DNA of 64,000 nucleotides, from NCBI GenBank assembly GCA_902764545.1, contig CACWWC010000003.1, positions 162-64,161 on the forward strand. The letters are read 5' to 3'. Position 1 is the first letter of the stretch, and every line of letters begins with the position of its first letter. Below are positions 1 through 9,422 of this stretch, piece by piece. The position numbers and the translations under genes are program-made. The notes beneath the pieces were generated by a model. That model ran no database searches and was not told the DNA's origin. It was given only the letters and a program-made list of their open reading frames with translations. The stretch is from an uncultured Erysipelotrichaceae bacterium. Lineage in GTDB: Bacteria; Bacillota_I; Bacilli_A; RF39; UBA660.

Positions 1-1248
1 AATTAGAAAAATTCTAGCTATAAAATGATCATATCTTCTATAACCAAAAGCAATTCTTTTTAGACACTTAATTAAATTATTTGTTCCTTCAATAATTCCA
101 TTGTTTATATCATATTTGAATGAATTTTCTATATATTTTAAGTTTTCTTTATATAAATTTAAAGCTTGTTTCATTTTATTTGAAACATCTTTGTTTGGAT
201 GTAATACTATTGATTTAAATTTGTAAAAATCTTTGCTTTTTAAAGAATGAATTAGTCCTTGATAACATTCGTAAGTGGCTTTTAAAAATTTATCAGTATT
301 AATAATGAATTGAACTATTTCTTTTTGAGATATTTCTTTATGAAAATGTTTTGAATATCTTTTTTCTTCTGATAAATCATCTTCATTTTTAACTATTAAT
401 TTCCAATAATCTTTTAACTTATTATAATTAGTATTAGATTTATAACAGAGCTTAACTTTGGTTGTGTTTAAAGCATTATATGCTTGAATAACGATATGAA
501 ACCTATCAATTGAAATATTTTCATTTTTAAATAATCTTTTAGCTAAAAAGATATAACCAGAATAAAAATCGGTAGATATATGTTTGACTTTATCCCGTTC
601 AGTTTTAGAATATCTTCTAAAGTATTTGTCTAAATCAATAGATTTCCTAGAATCTTGAATATCAAACAAGTTACCAGTATCATTATCAGTAATAATAAAA
701 GCCATTTTTCCTTTGGTATCCTTAGTAGCTTTAAACTCATCCCAATTCATAGATTTAGGAAGTGATGCATGTCTTAAAACGGTATGAGAAGATATTTCAG
801 TTAATTTTCTATCAATTTTAGAAACAGATATGTCTAATCTCTCAGAAATGTCCTTCTCACTTTGTTTCATCATAAGTTCTAGATTTATTTGAAGTTCAGT
901 ATTATTAGAAATATTTTTATTTCTATTAATTAAAGTAGTTTCCGCAATAAAAGTTTTATTACAGTTTCTACAGAGAAATCTTTGTTTATGAAGTATTAAT
1001 AAAGAAAAGCAATTAGAAATCTTAGGGATTTTAATTTTACAATTTTTTCTATATCCCCATTTTATGATGTCACTATGGGATTCATTAACACAGCCACAAT
1101 AGGGACAAAACTCGGGATTGTAAGTTAGAAAACCTTCAATAATCTTATATTTTTTATTTTTGATTATTCTTTCTTCAATATTAGGTAAAATAAAAATATT
1201 TTTATCTTAAATGTTTAGTAAATTTAATATATAATCATTCATAGACAT
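1..1248 (-). pseudogene. ISL3 transposase with a premature stop at codon 14; C-terminus runs off the window
   Basis: Manual translation gives MSMNDYILNLLNI*DKNIF...; zinc finger CPYCG...QRFLCRNC; DDE motifs NWDEFK, STDFYSGY, IDRFHIV, NNGIIEGTNNLIK..KRIAFGYR. In-frame TAA at 1209-1207. Confidence 0.85.
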
Positions 1249-1364
1249 AGGTTTATTCCTTTCAATGTTTTATTGACTAATTACATTGTATCAAACCTAT
1301 GTCTTTTTAATAAATAAAATAGTGTAGTGAATTTACACTCACCAACACTATCTATAATACAACC
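1..1364 (-). mobile_element. ISL3-family insertion sequence; other end lies outside the window
   Basis: Left end reads GGTTGTATTATAGATAGTGTTGGTG on the minus strand (1364-1340), an ISL3-like terminal repeat, next to an A8 run. It is followed by an ISL3 transposase frame. Confidence 0.85.
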
Positions 1365-1399
1365 AAAAAAAATATAACTTTAATAGTTATATTTTTTTT
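1365..1399. terminator. Bidirectional hairpin beside the IS end
   Basis: A-run AATATAAC-N7-GTTATATT T-run. Confidence 0.5.
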
Positions 1400-1422
1400 G
1401 ATATAATTAATTAGGTGATTTT

Positions 1423-2094
1423 ATGGAAGAATTATTTAAAAAATTAAAATTAAAACCAAAAAATATAGAACTTTATAAAACAGCATTTTCTCATAGCTCT
1501 TATGTCAATGAACACAAAGTAAAAAATAATTATGAGAGATTAGAATTTTTAGGTGACGCCGTACTGGACTTGGTAGTTGCAGATTATTTATATACACACT
1601 ACAAAGAAACAGAAGGTGAAATGACCAAAGTTAGAGCAAACTATGTTTGTGAGAATGCAAATTATGAGTATGCATCAAGCTTAAATCTACAAAATTATAT
1701 ATTGGTTGGACATGGTGAGTCAAAAGAAGGAGAACCAGTTAAAAAAGCTATAGTAGCAGATATTTTTGAATCATTAATAGGAGCGATATATATTGATCAA
1801 GGCTACGCCACTGTAAGAAATATTATCCTAAAAGTTATCGTTCCATATATAGAAAATCCAGAAATAACTTTTTTCAGTGATTATAAAAGTAGTCTACAAG
1901 AGTTTGTCCAAACCGAACAAAAAAGCATAGAGTATGTTATTACTAATGAAGAAGGCCCAGCTCATAATAAAACGTTTACAATGGATGTAATAATTGACAA
2001 CATTGTATATGGAACTGGAATTGGTTCATCAAAAAAAGAAGCTGAACAAGAAGCAGCTAAATATGCCCTAAAAAAACTAGCAATTAAAAAATAA
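1423..2094 (+). CDS. rnc: Ribonuclease III
   Basis: NYERLEFLGDAVL signature, ADIFESLIGAIYID, C-terminal dsRBD (DYKSSLQE..GPAH..SKKEAEQ). Confidence 0.97.
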   Translation: MEELFKKLKLKPKNIELYKTAFSHSSYVNEHKVKNNYERLEFLGDAVLDLVVADYLYTHYKETEGEMTKVRANYVCENANYEYASSLNLQNYILVGHGESKEGEPVKKAIVADIFESLIGAIYIDQGYATVRNIILKVIVPYIENPEITFFSDYKSSLQEFVQTEQKSIEYVITNEEGPAHNKTFTMDVIIDNIVYGTGIGSSKKEAEQEAAKYALKKLAIKK

Positions 2095-2202
2095 CATTCT
2101 CTATCTTCATTTTAACCCTATATGCAGCATAAAACCGGAAGACAAAACACAGAATAATAAATGAAAACAAATATTTTAGTTTATTATAGGGAGAAATGAT
2201 AT

Positions 2203-2727
2203 ATGAAAGACGCATTATTAATTATAGATATGCAAAAAGTATACTTACCAAATAAGCAATGGGCTTGCGAAAATATAGTAAATACCATAAATAATATAGA
2301 GAAGAAGATAAAAGGATTTGACAAAAGGCATATTTTTTTCTCAAAATTTATCGCAAGTAAAAATCCAATTGGAACATGGGAAGACTACAATAAAGAATAC
2401 TCCAATATTAATTCAAATGATTATTTAAATGATTATGTAGATGAATTAAAAAAATATATAAATAGTAATAATTCATATATTAAAAATACTTATTCAAGCT
2501 TAAAAAATAATGGCCTATATAAAAAATTAAAAGAATATGATAGAATTTACGTTACGGGAGTAGTTGCAGAATGTTGTGTTTTATCAACAATATTTGAATT
2601 AATAGATATAGGAAAAAAGGTCATTTACTGCAAAAGTTGCATATCTGGTATAGACAGTATAAAAGAACAGAGTGTACTAAATATACTAGAAGAATTATCA
2701 CCAATACATGTAGAATTTGAATATTAA
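2203..2727 (+). CDS. Isochorismatase-family cysteine hydrolase
   Basis: ALLIIDMQ; K..YSS; VTGVVAECCVLST. Confidence 0.85.
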   Translation: MKDALLIIDMQKVYLPNKQWACENIVNTINNIEKKIKGFDKRHIFFSKFIASKNPIGTWEDYNKEYSNINSNDYLNDYVDELKKYINSNNSYIKNTYSSLKNNGLYKKLKEYDRIYVTGVVAECCVLSTIFELIDIGKKVIYCKSCISGIDSIKEQSVLNILEELSPIHVEFEY

Positions 2728-2766
2728 TTTTTTTTAGATTGTTGAAAGAATTGTATAATTGAAAGT

Positions 2767-2874
2767 ATGATACGATATGTTAAAAGAGAAAAAAAGAATG
2801 GTAATCATGAATTGGCCGTGCCATATGAGCAGTTATCTAAAGAAGAGCAAGAAAAAGATTATAATTATATATAA
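2767..2874 (+). CDS. 35-aa micro-ORF or remnant with a RyR-repeat-like motif
   Basis: MIRYVKREKKNGNHELAVPYEQLSKEEQEKDYNYI*; TATAAT 7 nt upstream; no RBS. Confidence 0.35.
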   Translation: MIRYVKREKKNGNHELAVPYEQLSKEEQEKDYNYI

Positions 2875-2978
2875 AAAAAGTAAAATCATTCTATGAATCT
2901 AACTGATTTAGATAATAGGATGATTTTTTAATGCTTAATTATATATCATTTAGCATATTATTTAATGAGGTGATAATA

Positions 2979-3824
2979 ATTCAAACATATATTGTAAAAG
3001 CTGGAGATACTCTATATGGAATAAGCAATCAATTTGGGGTATCAGTAACAGAACTAGCAAGTATCAATAATGTAAATGCCCAATCACTACAAATAGGACA
3101 AGTTTTGAATATTCCTACAAAAAGTGGTACTAATCCTAATAATATGTTTATGTACACTGTCAAAAAAGGAGATACTCTATATTCTATAGCAAAAAAATAT
3201 AATACAACAACATCAAAAATAATTGATCTTAATAACTTAAAAAGTGCCACATTACAGGTAGGGCAAGTTTTGAGAATACCTGAAATGTATACACCAGCAG
3301 AAGAAATGTATCTTCCTCAATACAGTAATTATATAGTCAAAAAAGGAGATACCCTATATTCTATTGCAGCTAATAATAATATTGATGTAGATACGCTAAA
3401 AAAAGACAACGCCTTGACCAGTAATATAGTAAATGTTGGCCAACAACTAAAGATAAGAACTACTAGTGAGGTCATAGAGGATGAATGTTTTGGACCGGAC
3501 TATACACCGCCAAGTACTACTCAAAATACAACAATATATACAGTTAAAAAAGGTGATAATTTATATAATATTGCCAGTCAGTATAATACTAGTGTATCAG
3601 CTATAATAAATTTAAATAATTTAACATCATCTAATCTTTATATAGGTCAACAACTAAAAATACCAACAACGTCATCTGGAGGAAGCACAATCATTTATAC
3701 TGTAAAAAAAGGTGATAATCTTTATGATATATCAAAAAAATATAACACAACAGTTGATAGTATAAAAAAGAAAAATAACCTTAATTCAAATTTATTGTCT
3801 ATTGGACAACAATTAAAGATATAA
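2979..3824 (+). CDS. Five-LysM peptidoglycan-binding protein, probable ATT start
   Basis: Five Y.VK.GD.LY.I...L..GQ.L.I repeats; GAGGTG RBS at 2967-2972 points to ATT at 2979 (ORF track starts at 2931). Confidence 0.9.
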   Translation: MQTYIVKAGDTLYGISNQFGVSVTELASINNVNAQSLQIGQVLNIPTKSGTNPNNMFMYTVKKGDTLYSIAKKYNTTTSKIIDLNNLKSATLQVGQVLRIPEMYTPAEEMYLPQYSNYIVKKGDTLYSIAANNNIDVDTLKKDNALTSNIVNVGQQLKIRTTSEVIEDECFGPDYTPPSTTQNTTIYTVKKGDNLYNIASQYNTSVSAIINLNNLTSSNLYIGQQLKIPTTSSGGSTIIYTVKKGDNLYDISKKYNTTVDSIKKKNNLNSNLLSIGQQLKI

Positions 3825-3833
3825 AGGAGGCAT

Positions 3834-4253
3834 ATGAACACATATAATGTAAATGACAATGATTTTCTAAATTCTAGTCTATATAAAGAATTTATAAATA
3901 AAAACCCATCAAATGGTTATTTAAGAATTCGCGCATATTCTGCTAATGAAGCTCTACCTGTACAAGGACTTAAAGTGATAATTTCAACAGAATTTAATGG
4001 AAATAATATTATTTTTTTTGAAGGAGAAACCAATAACTCTGGCTTAATAGATAGAATCTCTCTACCTGCACCCAAAAGTATTACAAATAATTTAGATGTT
4101 CCTGATAAAACAACGTATGAGATATTAGCAACATATCCAGAAGAAAACTTAAATACAGTATATTCAGTAAATATGTATGAAGGAATATGCGTAGTTCAAA
4201 ATATTAATGTAGCTCCTAAGACATTAGAAGCAGGTGTTTTTAGATGGCAATAA
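3834..4253 (+). CDS. Stand-alone SleC-like N-terminal (pre/pro) domain protein
   Basis: GYLRIRA...LPV.G.KVII...ETNNSG....I.LPAP...YEI...MYEGICVVQNI resembles the N-terminal region of clostridial SleC; overlaps the next gene by 10 nt. Confidence 0.6.
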   Translation: MNTYNVNDNDFLNSSLYKEFINKNPSNGYLRIRAYSANEALPVQGLKVIISTEFNGNNIIFFEGETNNSGLIDRISLPAPKSITNNLDVPDKTTYEILATYPEENLNTVYSVNMYEGICVVQNINVAPKTLEAGVFRWQ

Positions 4254-5590
4254 GATACCCTGTTGTACCAAATAACATAACTGTTCATCTTGGAGCACCT
4301 GATCAAGCAGCAAGAGATATTACTATTCCTTTTACTGAATATATATCAAATGTTGCATCATCAGAGATATATCCAACATGGCCAAGGAATGCACTAATTG
4401 CCAACATATATACAATCATTTCCTTTGCAATGAATAGAATATATAATGAATGGTATAGATCAAAAGGATATAATTTTGATATAACATCAAGCCCAATTTA
4501 TGATCAAGCTTATACAGAAAACAGATCAGTGTATGAAAATATTGAAAATATAGTAGAAGAGATATTTAATAATTATGTTGTCAAAGGCACTCAAGTACAA
4601 CCATATTTCACAAGATATTGTGATGGGAGAATAACTACATGTGATGGACTCTCCCAATGGGGTAGTGTTAGTCTAGCAAATCAAGGAAAAACTCCACTAG
4701 AAATATTAAGATATTATTACGGAAGTGATATATCTATTAAAGAAGATGCCCCCGTAGGAGATAATACACAAGGTTATCCAGGATATGAAATAGGCTTAGG
4801 TAGTGCAGGAAATCAAGTACTTGCAATACAAAGAGATTTAAGAAGAATAAGAAAAAACTATCCCGCAATACCAGACATAGAAAATACATTAGGTATATAT
4901 GATGAAGAAACAGTTAATGCAGTAAAAAAATTTCAAGAAATATTTGATTTGCCAAAAACAGGAATAGTTAATAAAGCAACATGGTACAAAATAAAATACG
5001 TATATACAAGCGTAAAAAAATTATCTGATTTATATTCAGAAGGCCTAACAGAAGATGAAGTTACGTTTCTATATACAGATCAATTAAAATATGGTGATAC
5101 AGGCATAGAAGTCGAATATGTCCACTATTATTTAGATGCATTAGCTTTCCTAGATAAAGATATACCAAGATTACCCACAAATTCAATATATAATAACAAC
5201 ACCATTACAATGGTTAAAGCATTTCAACAAAAATATAATTTGCCAGTTACAGGAATTTTCACATATAGTGACTGGCAAGTCTTAAAAAATGCTTATAACA
5301 AAATTTTAAACTCAATTCCTGATGAATATAAAGAATATACTAATGACTTCTATCCGGATTATTTCCTAACAAGAGGAATGAGTGGACAAGATGTAAGACG
5401 TCTCCAAAGATTTTTACTGGCAATATGTAAGTATGATAAATCCATACCTGGTGTTAGAGTAAATGGAGTATTTGATGAGCTAACCGAAAAATCCATAAAA
5501 AAAATACAAAGTGATTACAATTTTGATATAAATGGTATTGTGGGGCCCCTTTTATGGAGAAAATTAGTAGAACTTTCAAAAAGAAAATAG
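4244..5590 (+). CDS. sleC: SleC-like spore cortex-lytic enzyme (SpoIID/LytB catalytic domain + 3 PG-binding domains)
   Basis: VVPNNITVHLGAP, YISNVASSEIYPTWP, WYRSKGYNFDITSS, YCDG...GLSQWGS; three 'AVKKFQ..F.LP.TGIV...TW'-type repeats. Confidence 0.8.
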   Translation: MAIRYPVVPNNITVHLGAPDQAARDITIPFTEYISNVASSEIYPTWPRNALIANIYTIISFAMNRIYNEWYRSKGYNFDITSSPIYDQAYTENRSVYENIENIVEEIFNNYVVKGTQVQPYFTRYCDGRITTCDGLSQWGSVSLANQGKTPLEILRYYYGSDISIKEDAPVGDNTQGYPGYEIGLGSAGNQVLAIQRDLRRIRKNYPAIPDIENTLGIYDEETVNAVKKFQEIFDLPKTGIVNKATWYKIKYVYTSVKKLSDLYSEGLTEDEVTFLYTDQLKYGDTGIEVEYVHYYLDALAFLDKDIPRLPTNSIYNNNTITMVKAFQQKYNLPVTGIFTYSDWQVLKNAYNKILNSIPDEYKEYTNDFYPDYFLTRGMSGQDVRRLQRFLLAICKYDKSIPGVRVNGVFDELTEKSIKKIQSDYNFDINGIVGPLLWRKLVELSKRK

Positions 5591-5610
5591 TATATACTAT
5601 TTTTTCTTTT
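5579..5610 (+). terminator. Intrinsic terminator
   Basis: AAAATAGTAT/ATACTATTTT hairpin followed by a T-run. Confidence 0.55.
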
Positions 5611-5762
5611 CGAATAAAAAAATGATATAACACACAACAAGAAGAAACAAAGGTAATAGATAAACACTATTTATTTGTAAATTTATACAGAATTATAGTA
5701 AAAAAGAAAGTTGTAAAGATATAAAATTAATGATAAAATTTGTAGTAGGAGATGGTAATATA

Positions 5763-6851
5763 ATGTTTTTTGATCAATTAAAAAGTTGTGAGCTAGTTAG
5801 AAAAAATGGAAAATATTCTTTAGGAAGAGAAGATTTTGATCATTTATTTGGCATAAATGATGTAATGGCATTAACTCCAAATCAAGAAAATATAGCCAAA
5901 CTGGCCGATTTAACATATTTATTGGGTTTATTAGATATAAATATAAAATCATTTACAGCAGTAGCAGCAGGTTTTTTAGCAACATATAGTAGTAATGATG
6001 ATTATAAAAAAAATTATAATGGGGAAAACTACACATCTACTTTTCTAATTAGTAGTAATGAAGAAGATATAAAAAAAGAAATTGTTAAAGAATGTAGGAA
6101 GAAAATCAAGTCAAATGCATTAAATATTAATAATGAAATTTTTTATAGAATAATTGAATTAATAGAAGATGGATTTTCATTATCAAATGTAGTATTCTAC
6201 ACAAACCTGTTTATTGATACTTATGGCTATGTAAATATAAAGGATAAACACACTAAGGCATTAGCTGAATTTGATAGGGTTAATCAACAAAACTGCAATG
6301 ATAATCACTACATTTTATGTAAAATTATTTTTAATGAAGAAAAATTGGCAAATGAGTTAAATGAAATAAAAGATTTGACTAATGATAAAGAAATATCTGA
6401 ACGTATTCATGAGTTCGCTAAAAATAATAATCTATCTAGGTATGATGAAATAATGTATTCAAAAAGAATGCTTAGTGGTATAAAACTATATAGAAAGATT
6501 CTTCATAAATTTATATTACCAGGTTATCTCACTTATAGAGGAAGGGATAGAGATAATAATATTATTCCTCAAGATAGTATGATTTTAAATGATTCTAATC
6601 GTATTAAATCTTTAATAGATTTATTGAATAATAATGGCAATAGTTATGAAGTCTTAAAAAGTATAACTTTAATTTTAAATATGTGTTCAACAGATTATAC
6701 TGCTGATATGGCATATAGCTATCTAACTGGAATTTCAAGTTTTACAGAAGCAAAAGATAATAGTGAGATACAAACGTTATTAGATAATACAATACCTAAA
6801 ACAGAAAACAATATTCAAGATAAAGAAAATACCAGAAAATTATTTCACTAA
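5763..6851 (+). CDS. Hypothetical protein
   Basis: Long ORF, AGGAG upstream, no motif recognised. Confidence 0.75.
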   Translation: MFFDQLKSCELVRKNGKYSLGREDFDHLFGINDVMALTPNQENIAKLADLTYLLGLLDINIKSFTAVAAGFLATYSSNDDYKKNYNGENYTSTFLISSNEEDIKKEIVKECRKKIKSNALNINNEIFYRIIELIEDGFSLSNVVFYTNLFIDTYGYVNIKDKHTKALAEFDRVNQQNCNDNHYILCKIIFNEEKLANELNEIKDLTNDKEISERIHEFAKNNNLSRYDEIMYSKRMLSGIKLYRKILHKFILPGYLTYRGRDRDNNIIPQDSMILNDSNRIKSLIDLLNNNGNSYEVLKSITLILNMCSTDYTADMAYSYLTGISSFTEAKDNSEIQTLLDNTIPKTENNIQDKENTRKLFH

Positions 6852-6877
6852 AGAAATCATAGTTAGGGGGGAATGTA

Positions 6878-7465
6878 ATGTCACTAAAGGGTATAGAAAT
6901 CAACTATGACATGATTGATAAGATTTATGAAGCCAATGGAAAACATAAAATAAGAAGATGGGCTAAAAATAATAAAGCTGAATGGATTATACCAACTGTA
7001 TTTATTACATCATTTACTGTGAAAGCACTATCAGAAGAAATTACAATAGATGAAGCCATACAAAAAAGTATCCATTATTTAGCATTATGGACGGGAATAT
7101 GTATTCCAACCGATATTGTATACTACCAACTTGAAAGAATGGAAAAAGGTAAACCATTGAAGGATGCAGCATATGACCAAATAGTAAATCTGGCACAACT
7201 ATTGAGAAAATGTAATGTAAGGACAACACCAGAGTTCTTAATGCAATCAAAGGTTTATCATAAGAAATATAAACTTGAAATGGAAAAGGCTCCGGGTGTC
7301 ATTAGAGAAAGATACATAGAAATACTATCATATGACTTAAATGGTAATGAGAATACAACCTCTATCAAAGAAACACATCAAATAGGAACAAGAACATATG
7401 AATTATCAGTTGGTACTCCGTCAACTCAAGTTCTTGTAAAAAGATACAAAAAAGTTGTTGTTTAA
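6878..7465 (+). CDS. Hypothetical protein with two hydrophobic segments; likely paralog of the ORF at 63744
   Basis: GGGGGG RBS; N-terminus IEINYDMIDKIYEANG matches IKINFDLIDAIKQAKG at 63744. Confidence 0.75.
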   Translation: MSLKGIEINYDMIDKIYEANGKHKIRRWAKNNKAEWIIPTVFITSFTVKALSEEITIDEAIQKSIHYLALWTGICIPTDIVYYQLERMEKGKPLKDAAYDQIVNLAQLLRKCNVRTTPEFLMQSKVYHKKYKLEMEKAPGVIRERYIEILSYDLNGNENTTSIKETHQIGTRTYELSVGTPSTQVLVKRYKKVVV

Positions 7466-7493
7466 AGATTGAATATTTAATCAATCTTTTTTT
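7464..7493 (+). terminator. Intrinsic terminator
   Basis: AAAGATTGA-loop-TCAATCTTT followed by T-run. Confidence 0.65.
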
Positions 7494-7581
7494 AGGGCTT
7501 TATTTTCTAATAAAAATTTGTTATAATGATACTGCTGTTTGTTCGTTATATATAAGTAATAAATATATGAAAGGAGATTAT

Positions 7582-9234
7582 ATGAGTAAAATTAAAGTAT
7601 TTGCTTTAGGCGGATTAAATGAAAACGGTAAGAATATGTACGTTGTAAAAGTTAATAATGATATTTTTGTATTAGATGCCGGCTTAAAGTATGACAATGA
7701 TATAAATTTAGGAATAGACTATATTATTCCTAATATAGACTATTTAGTAAAAAATAGAAAAAATATAAAAGGTATTTTTCTAACACACGGACATGAAAGT
7801 AATATGGGAGCGATACCGGATATTCTAGAAATAATCCCTGAAGTCCCTGTATATGGAACAAAATTAACACTAGATTTGGTAAAAAAAGACATTTCTAAAA
7901 AAATAATTGATAAAGTTAAATTAATAGAAATAAAACCACATCAAAAAATAGATTTTGGAAAAAACTCAATCTTTCCAATAAGCGTTACACACTCAATTCC
8001 TGATGCAGTATGTTATGTGTTATATACACCTGATGGTGCGATAGTATATACCGGTGACTTTGTCTTTGATTCAACCATGATGGGATCATATAAAACTGAT
8101 ATAGGAAAATTGGCATACGTTGGAAAACAAGGAGTGTTATGCCTGTTATGTGAGTCATTTTATGCTGATAAGGTCGGGCATACAAGTCCAAATAATAGAG
8201 TAAGTGACTTTATAAGAGAAGTAATTAATAAATCAAAAGAAAGAATTATCGCAACCGTCTTCCCAGCGCATTACTACAGAATGCAAGAGATATTTAATGA
8301 GGTATCAAAAACTCATAGAAAAATAGTTATAATGGGAAAACAACTACAAGAAATTATTTATAGTGGTATTGATGATGGATATTTAAGCTTAGATAAAGAT
8401 AAGATTGGAACCTTGGCAGATTTAGAAAGCAAAAATACTATTGTATTAATTTCAGATGAAAAAGAAAAACCTTTTGGAAATTTAGAAAGAATTATTAAGG
8501 GCTTTGATAAATATATAAGTATAAAAGATACCGATACAATTTTTATTACTGAACCATCATATCCAGGAATTGAAAAAAGATTGGCAGTAATTATGGATGA
8601 AATAGCTATGTTAGGTGCAGATGCAATTTGCTTATCAAGTAAAAAACACCTATTACATCATGCATCTAGAGAAGATCTTATGCTTATGATAAATTTGATG
8701 AATCCAAAATACTATTTTCCAGTTAAAGGAGAATATAGAAATCAATATAACAACGGAGAAATTGCAGAGGAATTAGGCATACCAAAAGAAAATATTATTT
8801 TAAAGCTAAATGGTGATGTTTTTGAAATGGTAAATGGAGAAAATACGAATACAACAGAACATATTGATGTTGATGAAGTATTAATAGATGGAAATAGTCA
8901 AGGAGACATCGGAAACTTAGTATTAAAAGATAGAGAAATGCTTGGAGAAAATGGAATAGTTATAATAAGCTGTACATTAGATAAAGAAACAAAAGAAGTA
9001 CTTGGGGGACCAGAAATTTTAACAAGAGGTTTTATCTATGTAAAAGAAAGCCAAGATTTATTAGAAGAAACAAAAAAAATATCACGTGAAGTAATAGAAT
9101 CAAACATTGAAGTAAATACCAAAAGAGTAGATTATTCAAAAATAAAAAATGAAGTACGTGAAGTACTAGGAAAATTCTTCTATCAACAAACAGAATCAAA
9201 ACCTATGATTATTACTGTAATACAAGAAGTATAA
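7582..9234 (+). CDS. rnjB: Ribonuclease J, J2-like paralog
   Basis: ALGGLNENGKNMY, VTHSIPD, YTGDF, PVKGEYR, GPEILTRGFIYV; degenerate metal motif THGHESNMG as in J2. Confidence 0.85.
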   Translation: MSKIKVFALGGLNENGKNMYVVKVNNDIFVLDAGLKYDNDINLGIDYIIPNIDYLVKNRKNIKGIFLTHGHESNMGAIPDILEIIPEVPVYGTKLTLDLVKKDISKKIIDKVKLIEIKPHQKIDFGKNSIFPISVTHSIPDAVCYVLYTPDGAIVYTGDFVFDSTMMGSYKTDIGKLAYVGKQGVLCLLCESFYADKVGHTSPNNRVSDFIREVINKSKERIIATVFPAHYYRMQEIFNEVSKTHRKIVIMGKQLQEIIYSGIDDGYLSLDKDKIGTLADLESKNTIVLISDEKEKPFGNLERIIKGFDKYISIKDTDTIFITEPSYPGIEKRLAVIMDEIAMLGADAICLSSKKHLLHHASREDLMLMINLMNPKYYFPVKGEYRNQYNNGEIAEELGIPKENIILKLNGDVFEMVNGENTNTTEHIDVDEVLIDGNSQGDIGNLVLKDREMLGENGIVIISCTLDKETKEVLGGPEILTRGFIYVKESQDLLEETKKISREVIESNIEVNTKRVDYSKIKNEVREVLGKFFYQQTESKPMIITVIQEV

Positions 9235-9268
9235 TAAAAAAGTATATTGCCTTTTATAAGGCATATAT

Positions 9269-9345
9269 GTCTTCGTAGCTCAGCAGGATAGAGCACTGCC
9301 CTCCTAAGGCAGGTGTCAGGCGTTCGAATCGCCTCGGGGACACCA
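9269..9345 (+). tRNA. tRNA-Arg(CCT)
   Basis: Cloverleaf; anticodon arm CTGCC-CTCCTAA-GGCAG; GTTCGAATC; encoded CCA. Confidence 0.95.
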
Positions 9346-9355
9346 TATATAAACA

Positions 9356-9383
9356 AAAGATATGTAAAATTTACATATCTTTT
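9356..9383 (+). terminator. Intrinsic terminator after tRNA-Arg
   Basis: AAAAGATATGTAAA/TTTACATATCTTTT. Confidence 0.7.
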
Positions 9384-9422
9384 ATTATTAAATATAAAAT
9401 GGTATAATTATATAGAGTAGAG

